Positions 1-9,347 of a DNA stretch of 64,000 nt are shown here, piece by piece (the stretch's first letter is position 1; the number at the start of each line of letters is the position of its first letter). The DNA comes from Myxococcales bacterium (lineage in GTDB: Bacteria; Myxococcota_A; Polyangia; Polyangiales; Polyangiaceae). The notes beneath the pieces were generated by a model. The model ran no database searches, was not told the DNA's origin, and saw only the letters and a list, made by a program, of their open reading frames with translations. A program made the position numbers and the translations under genes. Location: contig JADKKK010000003.1 in the NCBI GenBank assembly GCA_016720545.1, forward strand, positions 537,516 to 601,515. The letters are read 5' to 3'.

Positions 1-422
1 TCGCGGACGCGGAGCGAGGGGACCGTGGCCGCCCGCCTGACGTCGGCGTCGCGGACGAAGGCCTCGAGGTCGACCTCGCGCGAGGGGTTGGCGGTGGCCA
101 GCGCGTGCGCGCGGGCCTCCGCGATCGGCAGGGGCTCGACCAGCACTTCTCCGGTCGGCTGGGTCTTGTCGCGCACACGCTGAGGCACGCCCGCGCCGCC
201 CGAGAAGCGCGCGTTCTTCGCGCCGGCCGAGTCGGGGCGCTCGGGGATCGCGGGCGTGCCTCGCGCGGCGTCGAGCAGCTCGTCGAAGTAGCCGTCCGGC
301 ACCGGCGCCTCCGAGGGATGCCCGCCCTGCAGCAGCGCGGGGCGCCCGGGCGCCGTGTCGAGCAGCTCGCTCGGCAGGTTCTCTTCGCCGGGAAAGGGCT
401 TGGTCTTCATGGGCGGGTTCAT
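1..422 (-). CDS. hypothetical protein (5' part of gene; 3' end lies outside the window)
   Basis: Minus-strand reading frame open to the window edge, with in-frame ATGs at 422 and 410 (MNPPMKTKPFPGEENLPSELLD...). GC3-rich codons. No recognisable domain. Confidence 0.4.
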   Translation of the reverse strand, partial: MNPPMKTKPFPGEENLPSELLDTAPGRPALLQGGHPSEAPVPDGYFDELLDAARGTPAIPERPDSAGAKNARFSGGAGVPQRVRDKTQPTGEVLVEPLPIAEARAHALATANPSREVDLEAFVRDADVRRAATVPSLRVR

Positions 423-674
423 GGTGGACGGGCGGATCGCCCCCCGCGGCGAAGTGTAGACGCCTCGCCCCGGAGAAGTCGAACCCACGACGTATCGGGC
501 CCACGACACCCTCGACCGACTCGCGGGGCCGAAGCGGCCCGTTGCGGCGGTCGCGCGGGGCCGATAGCCTCCAGCGTTAGGGGATAGCGGTGCGCTACGT
601 CTCCGCGGCTCCCGCTCCTTCCCCCTTCGCGCACGCCCACCGCCGCCCGCCGCCCGCCTCGCCGCGCCCGCCCC

Positions 675-2246
675 ATGCTCTCGACCACCGGCCTCGCCTC
701 CTCCACCGACTCGAGCTCTGGCAGGGCCGGAGCGACCTATGGGCGCGGCGACGTGCTTCGCGCGGGGCCGCAGGCCTTCCGTGTGCTTCGCTGCCTGGGG
801 ATAGGCGCGATGGGCGAGGTCTACGAGGTCGAGGACCAGAACCTCGGCGTCACCCGAGTCGTCAAGCTGCTGCTCCCCGAGATCGCGCGCGCCCACGCCG
901 GGTTGGTCGACCGCTTCGTGCGCGAGGCGAAGGTGCTCGCGAAGCTGCAGCACCCGAACGTGGTGCGGGTGCTCCAGGCCGGGCGCCTCGACGAGGGCAC
1001 GCCGTTCTACATGATGGAGAAGGTCGAGGGCGTGAGCCTCGCGAGCTTCATCGCGAAGAAGGCGCCGCTCGCGCCGAGCGTGGTGATCCCGATCGTCGTC
1101 CAGCTCGCCGCCGGCCTCGAGGCGGTCCACGCGAGGGGCGTCGTGCACCGCGACGTGAAGCCCGACAACATCCTCATTTTCAAAGATCGCGGCGAACTTC
1201 GGGCGATCTTGCTCGATTTTGGCGTGATGAAGCTCGCGAGCGATCCCACGCCGGAGGGCTACTGCGGCACGCCGCTCTACTCGGCGCCCGAGCAGATCCT
1301 GGGAGAGCCCGTCGACGCGAAGATGGACGTGTTCGCGCTGGGGCTCGTGGCCTTCGAGATGCTCACGCGGAAGCGGGCGTACGAGGACTTCCCGAACCCG
1401 CTCCACCGCGTCACGGTGCCGGCGCCGCTCGTCTCGGACGTGGGCCCGCGCGTGAGCGACGCGCTGTCGCTCGTGCTGACCGACACGCTGTCGCTCGATC
1501 CTTCGAAGCGGCCCGCGGCCGACCTCTTGGCGAACCGCCTCCTCGAGTGCCCGGAGGCCACGGCGCGCTCGGCGCCGCTCAGCGACGTCGCCGCGATGAC
1601 CCAAGAAGAGCTGCTCGCGATCCCGCCGCTCTACGAGGCGCCCATCACCGTGGGCGAGCTCGACCAGCACACTGTGCCCGGCGGACCGCCACCGGAGGTC
1701 CTGGAGGCCGCGCGGCGGGCGCTCAACCCGACCCTCCGCGGACAGACGCACACCGGCGGATCGGCGGCGTTCAGCGACGACGTGGTCTACCAGACGGCGG
1801 CGAACGACGGCGGCGACACCTTCGACGTGATGGCGCACGCGATGAATATCGCGAAAGAAAAAGCGAGGTTACGCGCGGCCACCACGCGCACCGCGCTCCC
1901 CGGGCGCGCGCCCGAAGGCCCTGGCAACGCAGGCCCGGGCGGCACCGCCCGCATGAACGGCACGGCCCGCATGGGGAACCCCGACGTCCCGACCGGCCCC
2001 ACGGGCACCGCGCTGCTCGCCCCCGGTGCAGAGCGCGCCCCGTCCTCCGCGGGCTCGTCTCCGGGCGCCACCTCGGCGCCCGAGCCCGAACAGGTGGCGA
2101 GCGCGGTGGACGCGGCGCGAGAGGCCCATGACGCCGAGCGCCTCCAGAGCGCGGCCCAGCGGCGCACGATCGCGCTCGCGTGCGTGCTCGTCGTGCTTGG
2201 CGCCGGCTCCCTGATCGCGGCGCGCATGCTGGCAGATTCGCCATGA
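675..2246 (+). CDS. Hanks-type serine/threonine protein kinase with C-terminal transmembrane anchor
   Basis: Gly-loop/VAIK-like LGIGAMGEVYEV..VVKLL, catalytic loop HRDVKPDNILI, DFG motif DFGVMK, and APE (SAPEQ). A C-terminal hydrophobic segment TIALACVLVVLGAGSLIAA. Confidence 0.85.
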   Translation: MLSTTGLASSTDSSSGRAGATYGRGDVLRAGPQAFRVLRCLGIGAMGEVYEVEDQNLGVTRVVKLLLPEIARAHAGLVDRFVREAKVLAKLQHPNVVRVLQAGRLDEGTPFYMMEKVEGVSLASFIAKKAPLAPSVVIPIVVQLAAGLEAVHARGVVHRDVKPDNILIFKDRGELRAILLDFGVMKLASDPTPEGYCGTPLYSAPEQILGEPVDAKMDVFALGLVAFEMLTRKRAYEDFPNPLHRVTVPAPLVSDVGPRVSDALSLVLTDTLSLDPSKRPAADLLANRLLECPEATARSAPLSDVAAMTQEELLAIPPLYEAPITVGELDQHTVPGGPPPEVLEAARRALNPTLRGQTHTGGSAAFSDDVVYQTAANDGGDTFDVMAHAMNIAKEKARLRAATTRTALPGRAPEGPGNAGPGGTARMNGTARMGNPDVPTGPTGTALLAPGAERAPSSAGSSPGATSAPEPEQVASAVDAAREAHDAERLQSAAQRRTIALACVLVVLGAGSLIAARMLADSP

Positions 2247-3343
2247 GCAGCGGCGCGATGCCGCCGACCGCTTGTTTGCCGCCCGAAGCGCACTCTCCCG
2301 GGGTGGGGCAGGTCCTCCCTGGCACGAAGTATTTGCTCCTCTCGAAGCTGGGAGAGGGCGGCATGGGCGTGGTGTACGAGGTCCTGAAGCCGCCGGAGAT
2401 CGCCGGCGTGCTCAAGCGCATGAGCCTCGATCTCGCGCGGAGCAGCCGCGCCAAGGCGATGTTCCTCGCCGAGACGAGCATCCTCGCCCAGCTCGACCAC
2501 CCCAACATCGTGCGTGTGTACGACTTCGACGAGGACGCGTTCGGCGTGCCCTTCTTCGTGATGGAGCGCCTGATGGGGCGCACCGTGCGCGATCTGCTGC
2601 TGAGCCGGAGCCGCGTACGTCCCGCGGAGGCCTACGAGATCACGCGGCAGCTCCTGGAGGCGCTCCACGCAGCGCACACCCACGACACGCCCGTCGTGCA
2701 CCGCGACGTGAAGCCGGAGAACATCTTCCTTCACCAACCGAAGCACGGCGCCGCGGCGCTCAAGCTCATCGACTTCGGCATCGTCGCCGACGCTGGCGAG
2801 AAGGCCGGCGAGTTCGTCGGGACGATCGACTACGCCGCGCCCGAGCAGCTCTTCGGCCAGCGGGTCACGGCGAAGGCCGACCTCTACGCGGTGGCGTCGG
2901 TGCTCTACGAAATGTTGAGCGGGCGCCTCCCCTTTCCCGGCAAGACCCTCGCCGAGACCGGCGCGGCGAAGGGCCGCGGCGCGTTCCCGCCGCTGCGGAG
3001 CTTCGTGCCCGAGATCCCCGAGGCGGTGGCGGCGCTGGTCGCGCGGGCCCTCGCGAAGGACCCGGCGGCGCGCCCCGCGAGCGCGAGGCACTTCCGCGAT
3101 CTGCTCGACGCGGCGATCGCGACGGGCGACGGCCCGATCGCCACGAAGGTCCCCGCCTTCACGCGCCCAGGGCTCGAGGTCGAGCGCGAGGCGGCGGGGG
3201 CGCGGTCCGACGGCGCCGCCTACGCCCGCACGACCCTCGAAGAGCCCCAGGGAGGCCGCTTCTTCGCGCTGCTCCCATCGATCGCGGCCGGGGTCGTGGC
3301 CGGCGCGGCGCTGCTCGCCGCGCTCCACTGGACGCTGCGCTGA
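2243..3343 (+). CDS. Hanks-type serine/threonine protein kinase, paralogue of the upstream kinase, with C-terminal TM anchor
   Basis: GEGGMGVVYEV, HRDVKPENIFL, DFGIV and APEQ motifs. A C-terminal TM segment FFALLPSIAAGVVAGAALLAAL. The ATG at 2243 overlaps the upstream TGA (ATGA), so the two are translationally coupled. The track ORF 2180 is an N-terminal over-extension. Confidence 0.85.
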   Translation: MSSGAMPPTACLPPEAHSPGVGQVLPGTKYLLLSKLGEGGMGVVYEVLKPPEIAGVLKRMSLDLARSSRAKAMFLAETSILAQLDHPNIVRVYDFDEDAFGVPFFVMERLMGRTVRDLLLSRSRVRPAEAYEITRQLLEALHAAHTHDTPVVHRDVKPENIFLHQPKHGAAALKLIDFGIVADAGEKAGEFVGTIDYAAPEQLFGQRVTAKADLYAVASVLYEMLSGRLPFPGKTLAETGAAKGRGAFPPLRSFVPEIPEAVAALVARALAKDPAARPASARHFRDLLDAAIATGDGPIATKVPAFTRPGLEVEREAAGARSDGAAYARTTLEEPQGGRFFALLPSIAAGVVAGAALLAALHWTLR

Positions 3344-3355
3344 GCGAGAGGGCCG

Positions 3356-4130
3356 CTACGGGAAGGTGATCTCGGCGCTGCCCGTGTAGGTCTGGCCGGC
3401 CACGCTCGTCGTCGCCGCGACCTTCACGCTGCCGCTGGTGGGCTTGCCCGCGGTGTACTTGACGTCGTTGAAGGTCGTGTCGGAGGTCCACGCGACCGTG
3501 CCCACGCCCGCGGGCGCGCCGGAGTCGCCGAGGTTGAGCGAGGTGCTGCCGGTCGACTTGACGAAGCCCTTCAGCGACGAGGCCGACGCCTGCACGTCGC
3601 AGTCGAGGGTGATCTTGGTCTTGCTGCCGCCCGTGGTCGCCGCGGAGATGTCGTAGGTGAGGCCTACGCACTTGAGGTTCCCGCCGGTCCACGAGAGCAC
3701 GCCGGAGATCGTGACGCTGCTCTGCGGGGTCTCGGTGCCGCACCCCTTGAAGTCGCAGGTGGTGCCCGTGCACGCGCCCTCGCAGCTGGTGATCGCCTGA
3801 GACACCTGGCCGACGAAGTCGCGCAGCGCCACGTTGGAGGGCTTCGCGGCCCCGCCACCGGCCGAGGGTGTCACGACGCTCTGGCTCTGTTGGGCGCCCT
3901 GGATGAGCAGCGCGAGCGAGGCGTTGCCGTCGTTGCCGTCGACCGCCTTGGACACGCCACCGACGAGGGTGGTGGAGCTCGACTTTGCGGCCTGAGGGTT
4001 GACGGTGCCGGGCGTGCCCGGCGGCCCCGCGTCGGCCGCGGTCGTGGTGTCGGAGCTACAAGCGAGCCAGCACGAGGCCCCGAGGGCGAGCGAGGCAAGC
4101 GAAAAATACAGCGATTTCATGATGTTCATT
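3356..4130 (-). CDS. secreted Ser/Thr/Gly-rich protein, probable lipoprotein
   Basis: Signal peptide MNIMKSLYFSLASLALGASCWLACSS. Low-complexity T/S/G-rich mature part with a beta-rich C-terminus. The start is trimmed from the track's 4162 to the ATG at 4130 (or 4121). Confidence 0.55.
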
Positions 4131-4278
4131 CTCCAAACTTGAACCACGGGGGGAGCGCGCACGGGGCGACGCTCGGGCAGAGTGGACTCTAGCTTGACGT
4201 GGCTGGGGTCAGAAGATTCTGACCAATCTCAACCCGTAGGACCCGGCGCCCACGTTGGCCCCGCGCATACGCCGGCCT

Positions 4279-4740
4279 TCAACCCCGGACGCGACCCGCC
4301 CACGGCTTGGCGCGGAGGTGGGCGACGAGCGCGCCGAGGTCGAGCTGCTCGACGGCCTCACCCTCGAAGATCACCGCGCCGCCGCCGGCAGCTTCGTCGA
4401 AGTGGCCTACCGCGACGACCTCCACGCCCGAGAGGCCGAGCCGCTCACCCTCGTGCAGGCAAATCAGGAGCGGGCGCGAGGCGGCGGTGGCGGCGCGGTC
4501 CACCACGGGTGGGCGGGTCGACCTGTGGCGCGCCCCGCAGCCCAAATCCAACACCGGGACGAGCGCGCCGGAGACCGCCGCGACGCCTACGAGGGGGAGT
4601 GTCCCACCGACGACCGGCGTCGTCTTGGGCATGGGCGCGAGCGCCTCGATGGACGCGACGCCAACGAAGGCGCGCACGTCCCCGTGGTCTCCGCGGTGCC
4701 GCACCACGACGCCACCCTGCCTCGCTCCCATGGAAGACAC
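4279..4740 (-). CDS. hypothetical protein (weak call)
   Basis: The 153-aa minus ORF has a protein-like composition (hydrophobic stretches, LICLHEGERLGLSGVEVVAVGHFDE). It sits in an otherwise unexplained 800-bp gap. The antisense plus-frame ORFs there are Arg-rich junk. Codon-position GC cannot separate the frames. Confidence 0.25.
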   Translation of the reverse strand: MSSMGARQGGVVVRHRGDHGDVRAFVGVASIEALAPMPKTTPVVGGTLPLVGVAAVSGALVPVLDLGCGARHRSTRPPVVDRAATAASRPLLICLHEGERLGLSGVEVVAVGHFDEAAGGGAVIFEGEAVEQLDLGALVAHLRAKPWAGRVRG

Positions 4741-4970
4741 GGTACCGCGAGTCGCCGCGCGCGCCCACGCGAAGGCGCTCGTCGCGCTCTACGGGGGCAC
4801 GGAGAACGCCGAATCCCAGGGGGTTTCAGAGGTTTCGGATCGCCTCGCGCGCTGGCTCTGCCCGCGCCACTGGCGCGCCAACCCGGGCCGCGCGAAATCG
4901 TCGGACCCGCGACTGGACCCGTGCTCTAGACTCAGCGCGCGATGCGCGAACCCGACCTCACGGGGGTGGC

Positions 4971-6338
4971 ATGAGCCGCTCCTCCACGACGCTCCCCGCG
5001 CGGGAGTCGGTGCTTGTCACTGGCGGCCGGGTCGTCACCTGCGATCCGGACGATCGCGTCGTCGACGGCGACGTCCTGATCGAGGACGGGCGCATCACCG
5101 CGATAGGCCCCGACGCCCTGTCGAAGCGCTCGCGCCCGGGCCTCGTTCGGGTGCTCGACGCCTCGGGCTGCGCCGTGCTCCCGGGCTTCGTGCAGCCGCA
5201 CATCCACCTCTGTCAGACGCTCTTCCGCGGCATGGCGGACGACCTGCCGCTCCTCGATTGGCTTCGCGAGCGCGTGTGGCCGCTCGAGGCCGCGCACGAC
5301 GAGCGCTCACTGGCCGCCAGCGCCGAGCTCGGCCTGCTCGAGCTCGTCCTCGGTGGGACGACGACCCTCCTCGACATGGGCACTGTGAGCGGCCACGACG
5401 CCGTGTTCGACGCGTGCGCGCGGAGCGGCCTCCGCGTGTTCTCGGGCAAGGCCATGATGGACTCCGGCGCGGGCGTGCCGAAGGGCCTCCGCGAGACGAC
5501 CCGCCGGAGCCTCGACGAGAGCGACGCGCTCTTCGCCCGCTGGGACGGCGCGGCGGAAGGGCGGCTCCGTTACGCCTACGCCCCGCGCTTCATTCTCTCG
5601 TGCACCGAGGGCCTCTTCCGGGGGGTGGTGGAGCGCGCGCGCGAGAACGGCGCGAAGCTCCACAGCCACGCGGCGGAGCACCCAGGGGAGCGCCGCGCCG
5701 TGCGCGAGCTGCTGGGACAGGACGACGTGGATGTGCTTGAATCTTATGGGTTTTGCGGCGAGAACACGCTCCTCGCCCACGGCGTCCAGCTCACGAAGGC
5801 GCAGGAGCGCCGCGCCGCCAAGCTGGGCACGCGCTTCATCCACTGCCCCAGCTCGAACCTGAAGCTCGGCTCCGGCATCGCGCGGGTGGCCGATCTGCTC
5901 GCGTCGGGAGTGAAGGTCGGGCTCGCCGCCGACGGCGCTCCCTGCACGAACAACCTCGACGCCTTCACCGAGCTCCGCCACGCCGCCCTGCTGGCCAAGA
6001 CACGCTCGGGCACGACCAGCCTCCCGGCGCGGCACGCGCTGCGCCTCGCGACCGTGCTCGGCGCGGAGGCCCTCGGCATCGCGGATCAGGTGGGCTCGCT
6101 GGAGCCCGGTAAGCGCGCCGATCTCCAGGTGGTGCGCGTCGACGGGCCCCACGTGGAGCCGGGCGGCGACGTGTTCTCTCGCCTCGTGTACGCGTGCCGC
6201 TCGAGCGACATCGTGCATGTGCTCGTCGACGGTCGCCTGCTCGTCAAGCTGGGCGAGTCGCGAGTGTACGACCGTGAGCGCGTGACCCGCGTCGCTCGCG
6301 TCCAGGGCGACGCGGTCCGCGCCAGAGCAGGCCTGTAG
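4971..6338 (+). CDS. amidohydrolase, MtaD/SAH-deaminase-like (metal-dependent hydrolase superfamily)
   Basis: MSRSSTTLPARESVLVTGGRVVTCD..DGRITAIG..LPGFVQPHIHLCQTLFRG is the HxH metal-binding start typical of MTA/SAH deaminase and guanine-deaminase-like enzymes. The track ORF 4182-6338 carries a 263-aa Arg-rich artefactual extension; the true ATG is at 4971. Confidence 0.8.
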   Translation: MSRSSTTLPARESVLVTGGRVVTCDPDDRVVDGDVLIEDGRITAIGPDALSKRSRPGLVRVLDASGCAVLPGFVQPHIHLCQTLFRGMADDLPLLDWLRERVWPLEAAHDERSLAASAELGLLELVLGGTTTLLDMGTVSGHDAVFDACARSGLRVFSGKAMMDSGAGVPKGLRETTRRSLDESDALFARWDGAAEGRLRYAYAPRFILSCTEGLFRGVVERARENGAKLHSHAAEHPGERRAVRELLGQDDVDVLESYGFCGENTLLAHGVQLTKAQERRAAKLGTRFIHCPSSNLKLGSGIARVADLLASGVKVGLAADGAPCTNNLDAFTELRHAALLAKTRSGTTSLPARHALRLATVLGAEALGIADQVGSLEPGKRADLQVVRVDGPHVEPGGDVFSRLVYACRSSDIVHVLVDGRLLVKLGESRVYDRERVTRVARVQGDAVRARAGL

Positions 6339-6359
6339 CGACGCGCGTTCCGGCTCGGG

Positions 6360-9218
6360 CTACTCGCCGTCGTGCGAGGCCTGGGCCTCGGTGGCCTCGA
6401 TCTGCGCGAGGACCACGGCGAGCGCGTCTTTCGCGCGGTCGAGCGACGCGCGGTCCGCGTCCCACTTGCTGGCCGCCGCGCGCGCACGCTCGCGCTCCTT
6501 GGAGAGATCGAGCTCGACGGCCGCGAGGCGCGCCAGGGTCGACTCGTGCGACGCCTGCAGGGCCGTGTAGAGCCCGTCGAGCGCGAGGCCGTGCCGGCGC
6601 GCGACCTCGAGCTCGGCGAACACCCCGTCGCGCTCGCGCGCGCGTTCGGCGACGGACTGCTCGAGCGTGGCCGCGCGCCGCGTCTCGGCGTCGAGGCTGG
6701 CCCGCGTCTCGCCGAGCACCCCCTCGAGGAAGGCCACGCGAGAGGTGAGGTCGGCGTTGAGCGACGCGAGCGCGTCGTGCCGCGCGTGGGCCTCGCCGAG
6801 CGCCTCGACGCCGGCCGCGCGCGCCGTCTGCGCGGCCTGGAGCTCCTCGCGGGTGGCCGCGTGCCCGGTCTGCTCAACACGGAGATCTTCGCGGGTGGTC
6901 GCGAGCGAGGTCTGCTCGGCGCGCAGCTCCTCGCGGGTGGTCGCGAGCGAGGTCTGCTCAGCGCGGAGCTGCTCGCGGGTGCTCCCGAGCGAGGCCGCGA
7001 GCCCCTCGAGCTGCTCGGTGAGCTCGGCGCGCGTGTCCTGAAGCGCGGCCTGCTCCCGCGCGAGCGCGCTCGCCGTGTCGTCCCGCGCGGTCGCGAGGTC
7101 GCGGGCGGTTGCCGTGAGGCGCGCGACGTCCTCGGCGTGGGCGGCCTCCGCGACGGCCACGGCCTCGCCGTGGGCGGCTTCGGCGCGGGCCAAAGCCTCC
7201 GCGCGGGCGGCCTCCGCGACGGCCAAGGCCTCGGCGTGGGCGGCTTCGGCGCGGGCCAACGCCTCGGCGTGGCCGGCCTCGGCGCGGGCCAACGCCTCGG
7301 CGCCCGCGGCCTGGCGCTCGGCGAGCGACCGCCCGAGTACGTCCTCGAACATCGCCTCGAGGGAGGCGGCCTGCTCGGTCAGCGCGGCGTCGCGCTCGGC
7401 TTCCTTCTCGACGATCGTCCTCGCGACGTCGGCGGCGGCTTCCCGGCGCGCGGCCTCGAGCTCCGCCACGCGGCGGCCCTCGGCTTGGGCGAGCGCGGTC
7501 TCGTGCGCAGCCTGCGCCTGGAGAGCGGCCGCGGTGGCGGCGTCGATGCGCGCGTCGCGCTCCGCGATCCATGTGTCGCGCACCACGGTGTCGTTCGTGC
7601 GTTCGGCGAGGCGCAGCTCGCGGTCGACCAGCATCGTGTTGAGGGTCTGGATGGCCTCTTCGCGATCGACCAGGGCCCGGCTTCGCTCGGCGATCGTCGC
7701 GTCCCGCTCGGCGATCGTGCCGTCCCGCTCGGCCAGCAAGGCCTCGAGGGAAGTCCGCCGGGTGTCGCCCTCCGCCATCCTGGCGTCGCGTTCCCTGAGG
7801 CTCGCCTCGACCGACGCGTGGGAGGCACGAAGCTCGTTGAGCACCGCCTCCCGGTCCGCGAGCGTCGCCGTCTGCTCCAGCAGGTGGGCGCGCAGCGAGC
7901 CGACGGCGGCGTCGCGCTCGGCGATGGTCGCCTCCGCGGTGGCGAGCGAGCTACGCGCGGCGTCCGCGAGGCGCTTCGCCTCGTCGAGCTCCCACTGCGC
8001 GGTCTGCGCGCTCTCCCGGGCGTCCGAGAGCTCGCGCTCTTTCGCGATCACCCTGTCTTCGAGATCCGCGCTCGCGCGCTCCACGGCGAGGGAGCGATCC
8101 CGGGACTCGGTGATCTCGTGATCTTTCGCGGAGAGATGCTCTCTAAGTGATAGTATCTCCTTGTCTTTTCGGTTCAGTGCCTCGCGCAGATCGAGGAACT
8201 CGCGGCTCGTCGCGGGTGCGACGGCTCGCTGCGGCGCGGCGTTGATGCGACGGCGGAGCTCTTCGACTTCTCGCTGGAGGGCAGCGACCTCGGCGGCCCG
8301 GGGATCGACCGCGGCCATCACCAGCGTCGGGTACACGGGCGGCGGCTGCGAGGCGGCGACGGGGCTGGGCGCTCCAGGAGGTGGCGCGGTCTCGACGAGC
8401 GAGGCCGAGGGCGCGGGAGGTGGCGCGGCGGTGCGCGTCGGGACGGCGGGGCGGTCGAGCTCGTCGAACGCGGGGGGCGGGGCGGGTGGGCGGCCGGTCT
8501 GCGCGATGCGCTCGCGCGCCTCGCCCCGGCCGGGGTCCGGCACGGCGACGGTGTCTGGATTGTCGCTGCCGCTCGGGACCACGACGCTGCTCGGCGGCGA
8601 CGCGCCGTAGGGGACCGGCATGCCTGGCGTCGTCACGGGGCGGGCGGAGAGGGGGTTCTCGCGGTGGCCGGGGATCTCGACGGTCTTGTCGATCGCGTCG
8701 TAGGCGGGCGGGGGCACGGCCAGGGTGATCTCCCCCGAGCCGTGCCTCAGGAGCGGGCGGGCGGCGACCGTGATCTCCCCCTCACTGCTGAGATCGTCGT
8801 CCTGGACGTCGATCGACACGTCGTACGAGTCGTCGCGCGAGTCGCCGAAGTCGACGAAGGTCTCGATGCGTCGGATGAGGGAGTCGACGGCGATAGGCTT
8901 GTGGACGTACTCCTCCGCCCGCGTGCGGAGCTTGCGGTGCTGCTCGAAGGTCTCCTCGCTCGACTCGCTCGAGAGGATGACCAGGGGCACCTCCCGAAAG
9001 ACCATGTCCTTCTTCAGCTTGTTGCAGACCGAGAACCCGTTCATGCGGGGCAGCTCGATCGCCAGGAGGATGAGGTCGGGCTTGAGCTGCGACGCGAGCA
9101 TGAGCCCCGCGTTGCCGTCCTCGACGATCTGAACCGCGCAGCCTTTCGCTTCCAAACCAGCGCGAAGCGCCGCCGCGAAGGCGGGGTCGCCCTCGAACAC
9201 TAGGACGTTGAGGGGCAT
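6360..9218 (-). CDS. pseudo-receiver domain + Pro-rich linker + long coiled-coil protein (FrzS/AglZ-like)
   Basis: N-terminal CheY-like receiver (LVFEGDP...KPDLILLAIELPRMNG...LVILSSESSE...VHKPIAVD) with the phospho-acceptor Asp replaced by Ala (LLAIELP). Then a PAPPPA-rich region and ~600 aa of heptad-rich Ala/Glu/Arg/Leu sequence with internal repeats (AEALARAEAAH.., TREELRAEQTSLATT x2). Confidence 0.8.
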   Translation of the reverse strand: MPLNVLVFEGDPAFAAALRAGLEAKGCAVQIVEDGNAGLMLASQLKPDLILLAIELPRMNGFSVCNKLKKDMVFREVPLVILSSESSEETFEQHRKLRTRAEEYVHKPIAVDSLIRRIETFVDFGDSRDDSYDVSIDVQDDDLSSEGEITVAARPLLRHGSGEITLAVPPPAYDAIDKTVEIPGHRENPLSARPVTTPGMPVPYGASPPSSVVVPSGSDNPDTVAVPDPGRGEARERIAQTGRPPAPPPAFDELDRPAVPTRTAAPPPAPSASLVETAPPPGAPSPVAASQPPPVYPTLVMAAVDPRAAEVAALQREVEELRRRINAAPQRAVAPATSREFLDLREALNRKDKEILSLREHLSAKDHEITESRDRSLAVERASADLEDRVIAKERELSDARESAQTAQWELDEAKRLADAARSSLATAEATIAERDAAVGSLRAHLLEQTATLADREAVLNELRASHASVEASLRERDARMAEGDTRRTSLEALLAERDGTIAERDATIAERSRALVDREEAIQTLNTMLVDRELRLAERTNDTVVRDTWIAERDARIDAATAAALQAQAAHETALAQAEGRRVAELEAARREAAADVARTIVEKEAERDAALTEQAASLEAMFEDVLGRSLAERQAAGAEALARAEAGHAEALARAEAAHAEALAVAEAARAEALARAEAAHGEAVAVAEAAHAEDVARLTATARDLATARDDTASALAREQAALQDTRAELTEQLEGLAASLGSTREQLRAEQTSLATTREELRAEQTSLATTREDLRVEQTGHAATREELQAAQTARAAGVEALGEAHARHDALASLNADLTSRVAFLEGVLGETRASLDAETRRAATLEQSVAERARERDGVFAELEVARRHGLALDGLYTALQASHESTLARLAAVELDLSKERERARAAASKWDADRASLDRAKDALAVVLAQIEATEAQASHDGE
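6840..7340. repeat. intragenic tandem repeats (~42-bp and ~48-bp units) inside the coiled-coil gene
   Basis: cgcgggtggtcgcgagcgaggtctgctcggcgcgcagctcct repeated ~3x at 6880-7010. gcctccgcgacggccaNggcctcgScgtgggcggcttcggcgcgggccaa repeated ~3x at 7141-7320. These encode the coiled-coil repeats. Confidence 0.7.
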
Positions 9219-9347
9219 GGCGTCTCAACGATACGAGGGCCCCAGAAGCAGTGTCAAACCCGGTCTTCTCGAGACCAGGGCGGCCACGACATTCCGCGAG
9301 GGCGACGACTTCCGCGCAGCCTCGCGGGTTTTCTGCGATGGTGCGCC

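Noticed and set aside
590-3328. Long ORFs antisense to or frame-shifted against the kinase genes: 590-2131 (+), 1787-3328 (-), 1771-2583 (-), 2272-3369 (+).
   Set aside because: The translations are Arg/Pro/Gly-rich with no hydrophobic cores. They overlap well-supported kinase genes. Open alternative frames of this kind are expected at ~73% GC.
4255-4929. Plus-strand ORFs 4255-4929 and 4307-5740, and the 263-aa N-terminal extension of track ORF 4182-6338.
   Set aside because: Arg-rich, no domain. The amidohydrolase homology begins at the ATG at 4971.
6372-8150. 592-aa plus-strand ORF and several others antisense to the coiled-coil gene.
   Set aside because: Repetitive Arg/Gly/Leu junk. It is the mirror image of the Ala/Glu/Arg-rich coiled-coil coding strand.
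8161-9228. Small ORFs 8161-8610, 8381-8728, 8664-9203, 8725-9132 and 8782-9228 inside the pseudo-receiver gene.
   Set aside because: Nested within a well-supported 952-aa gene in other frames.
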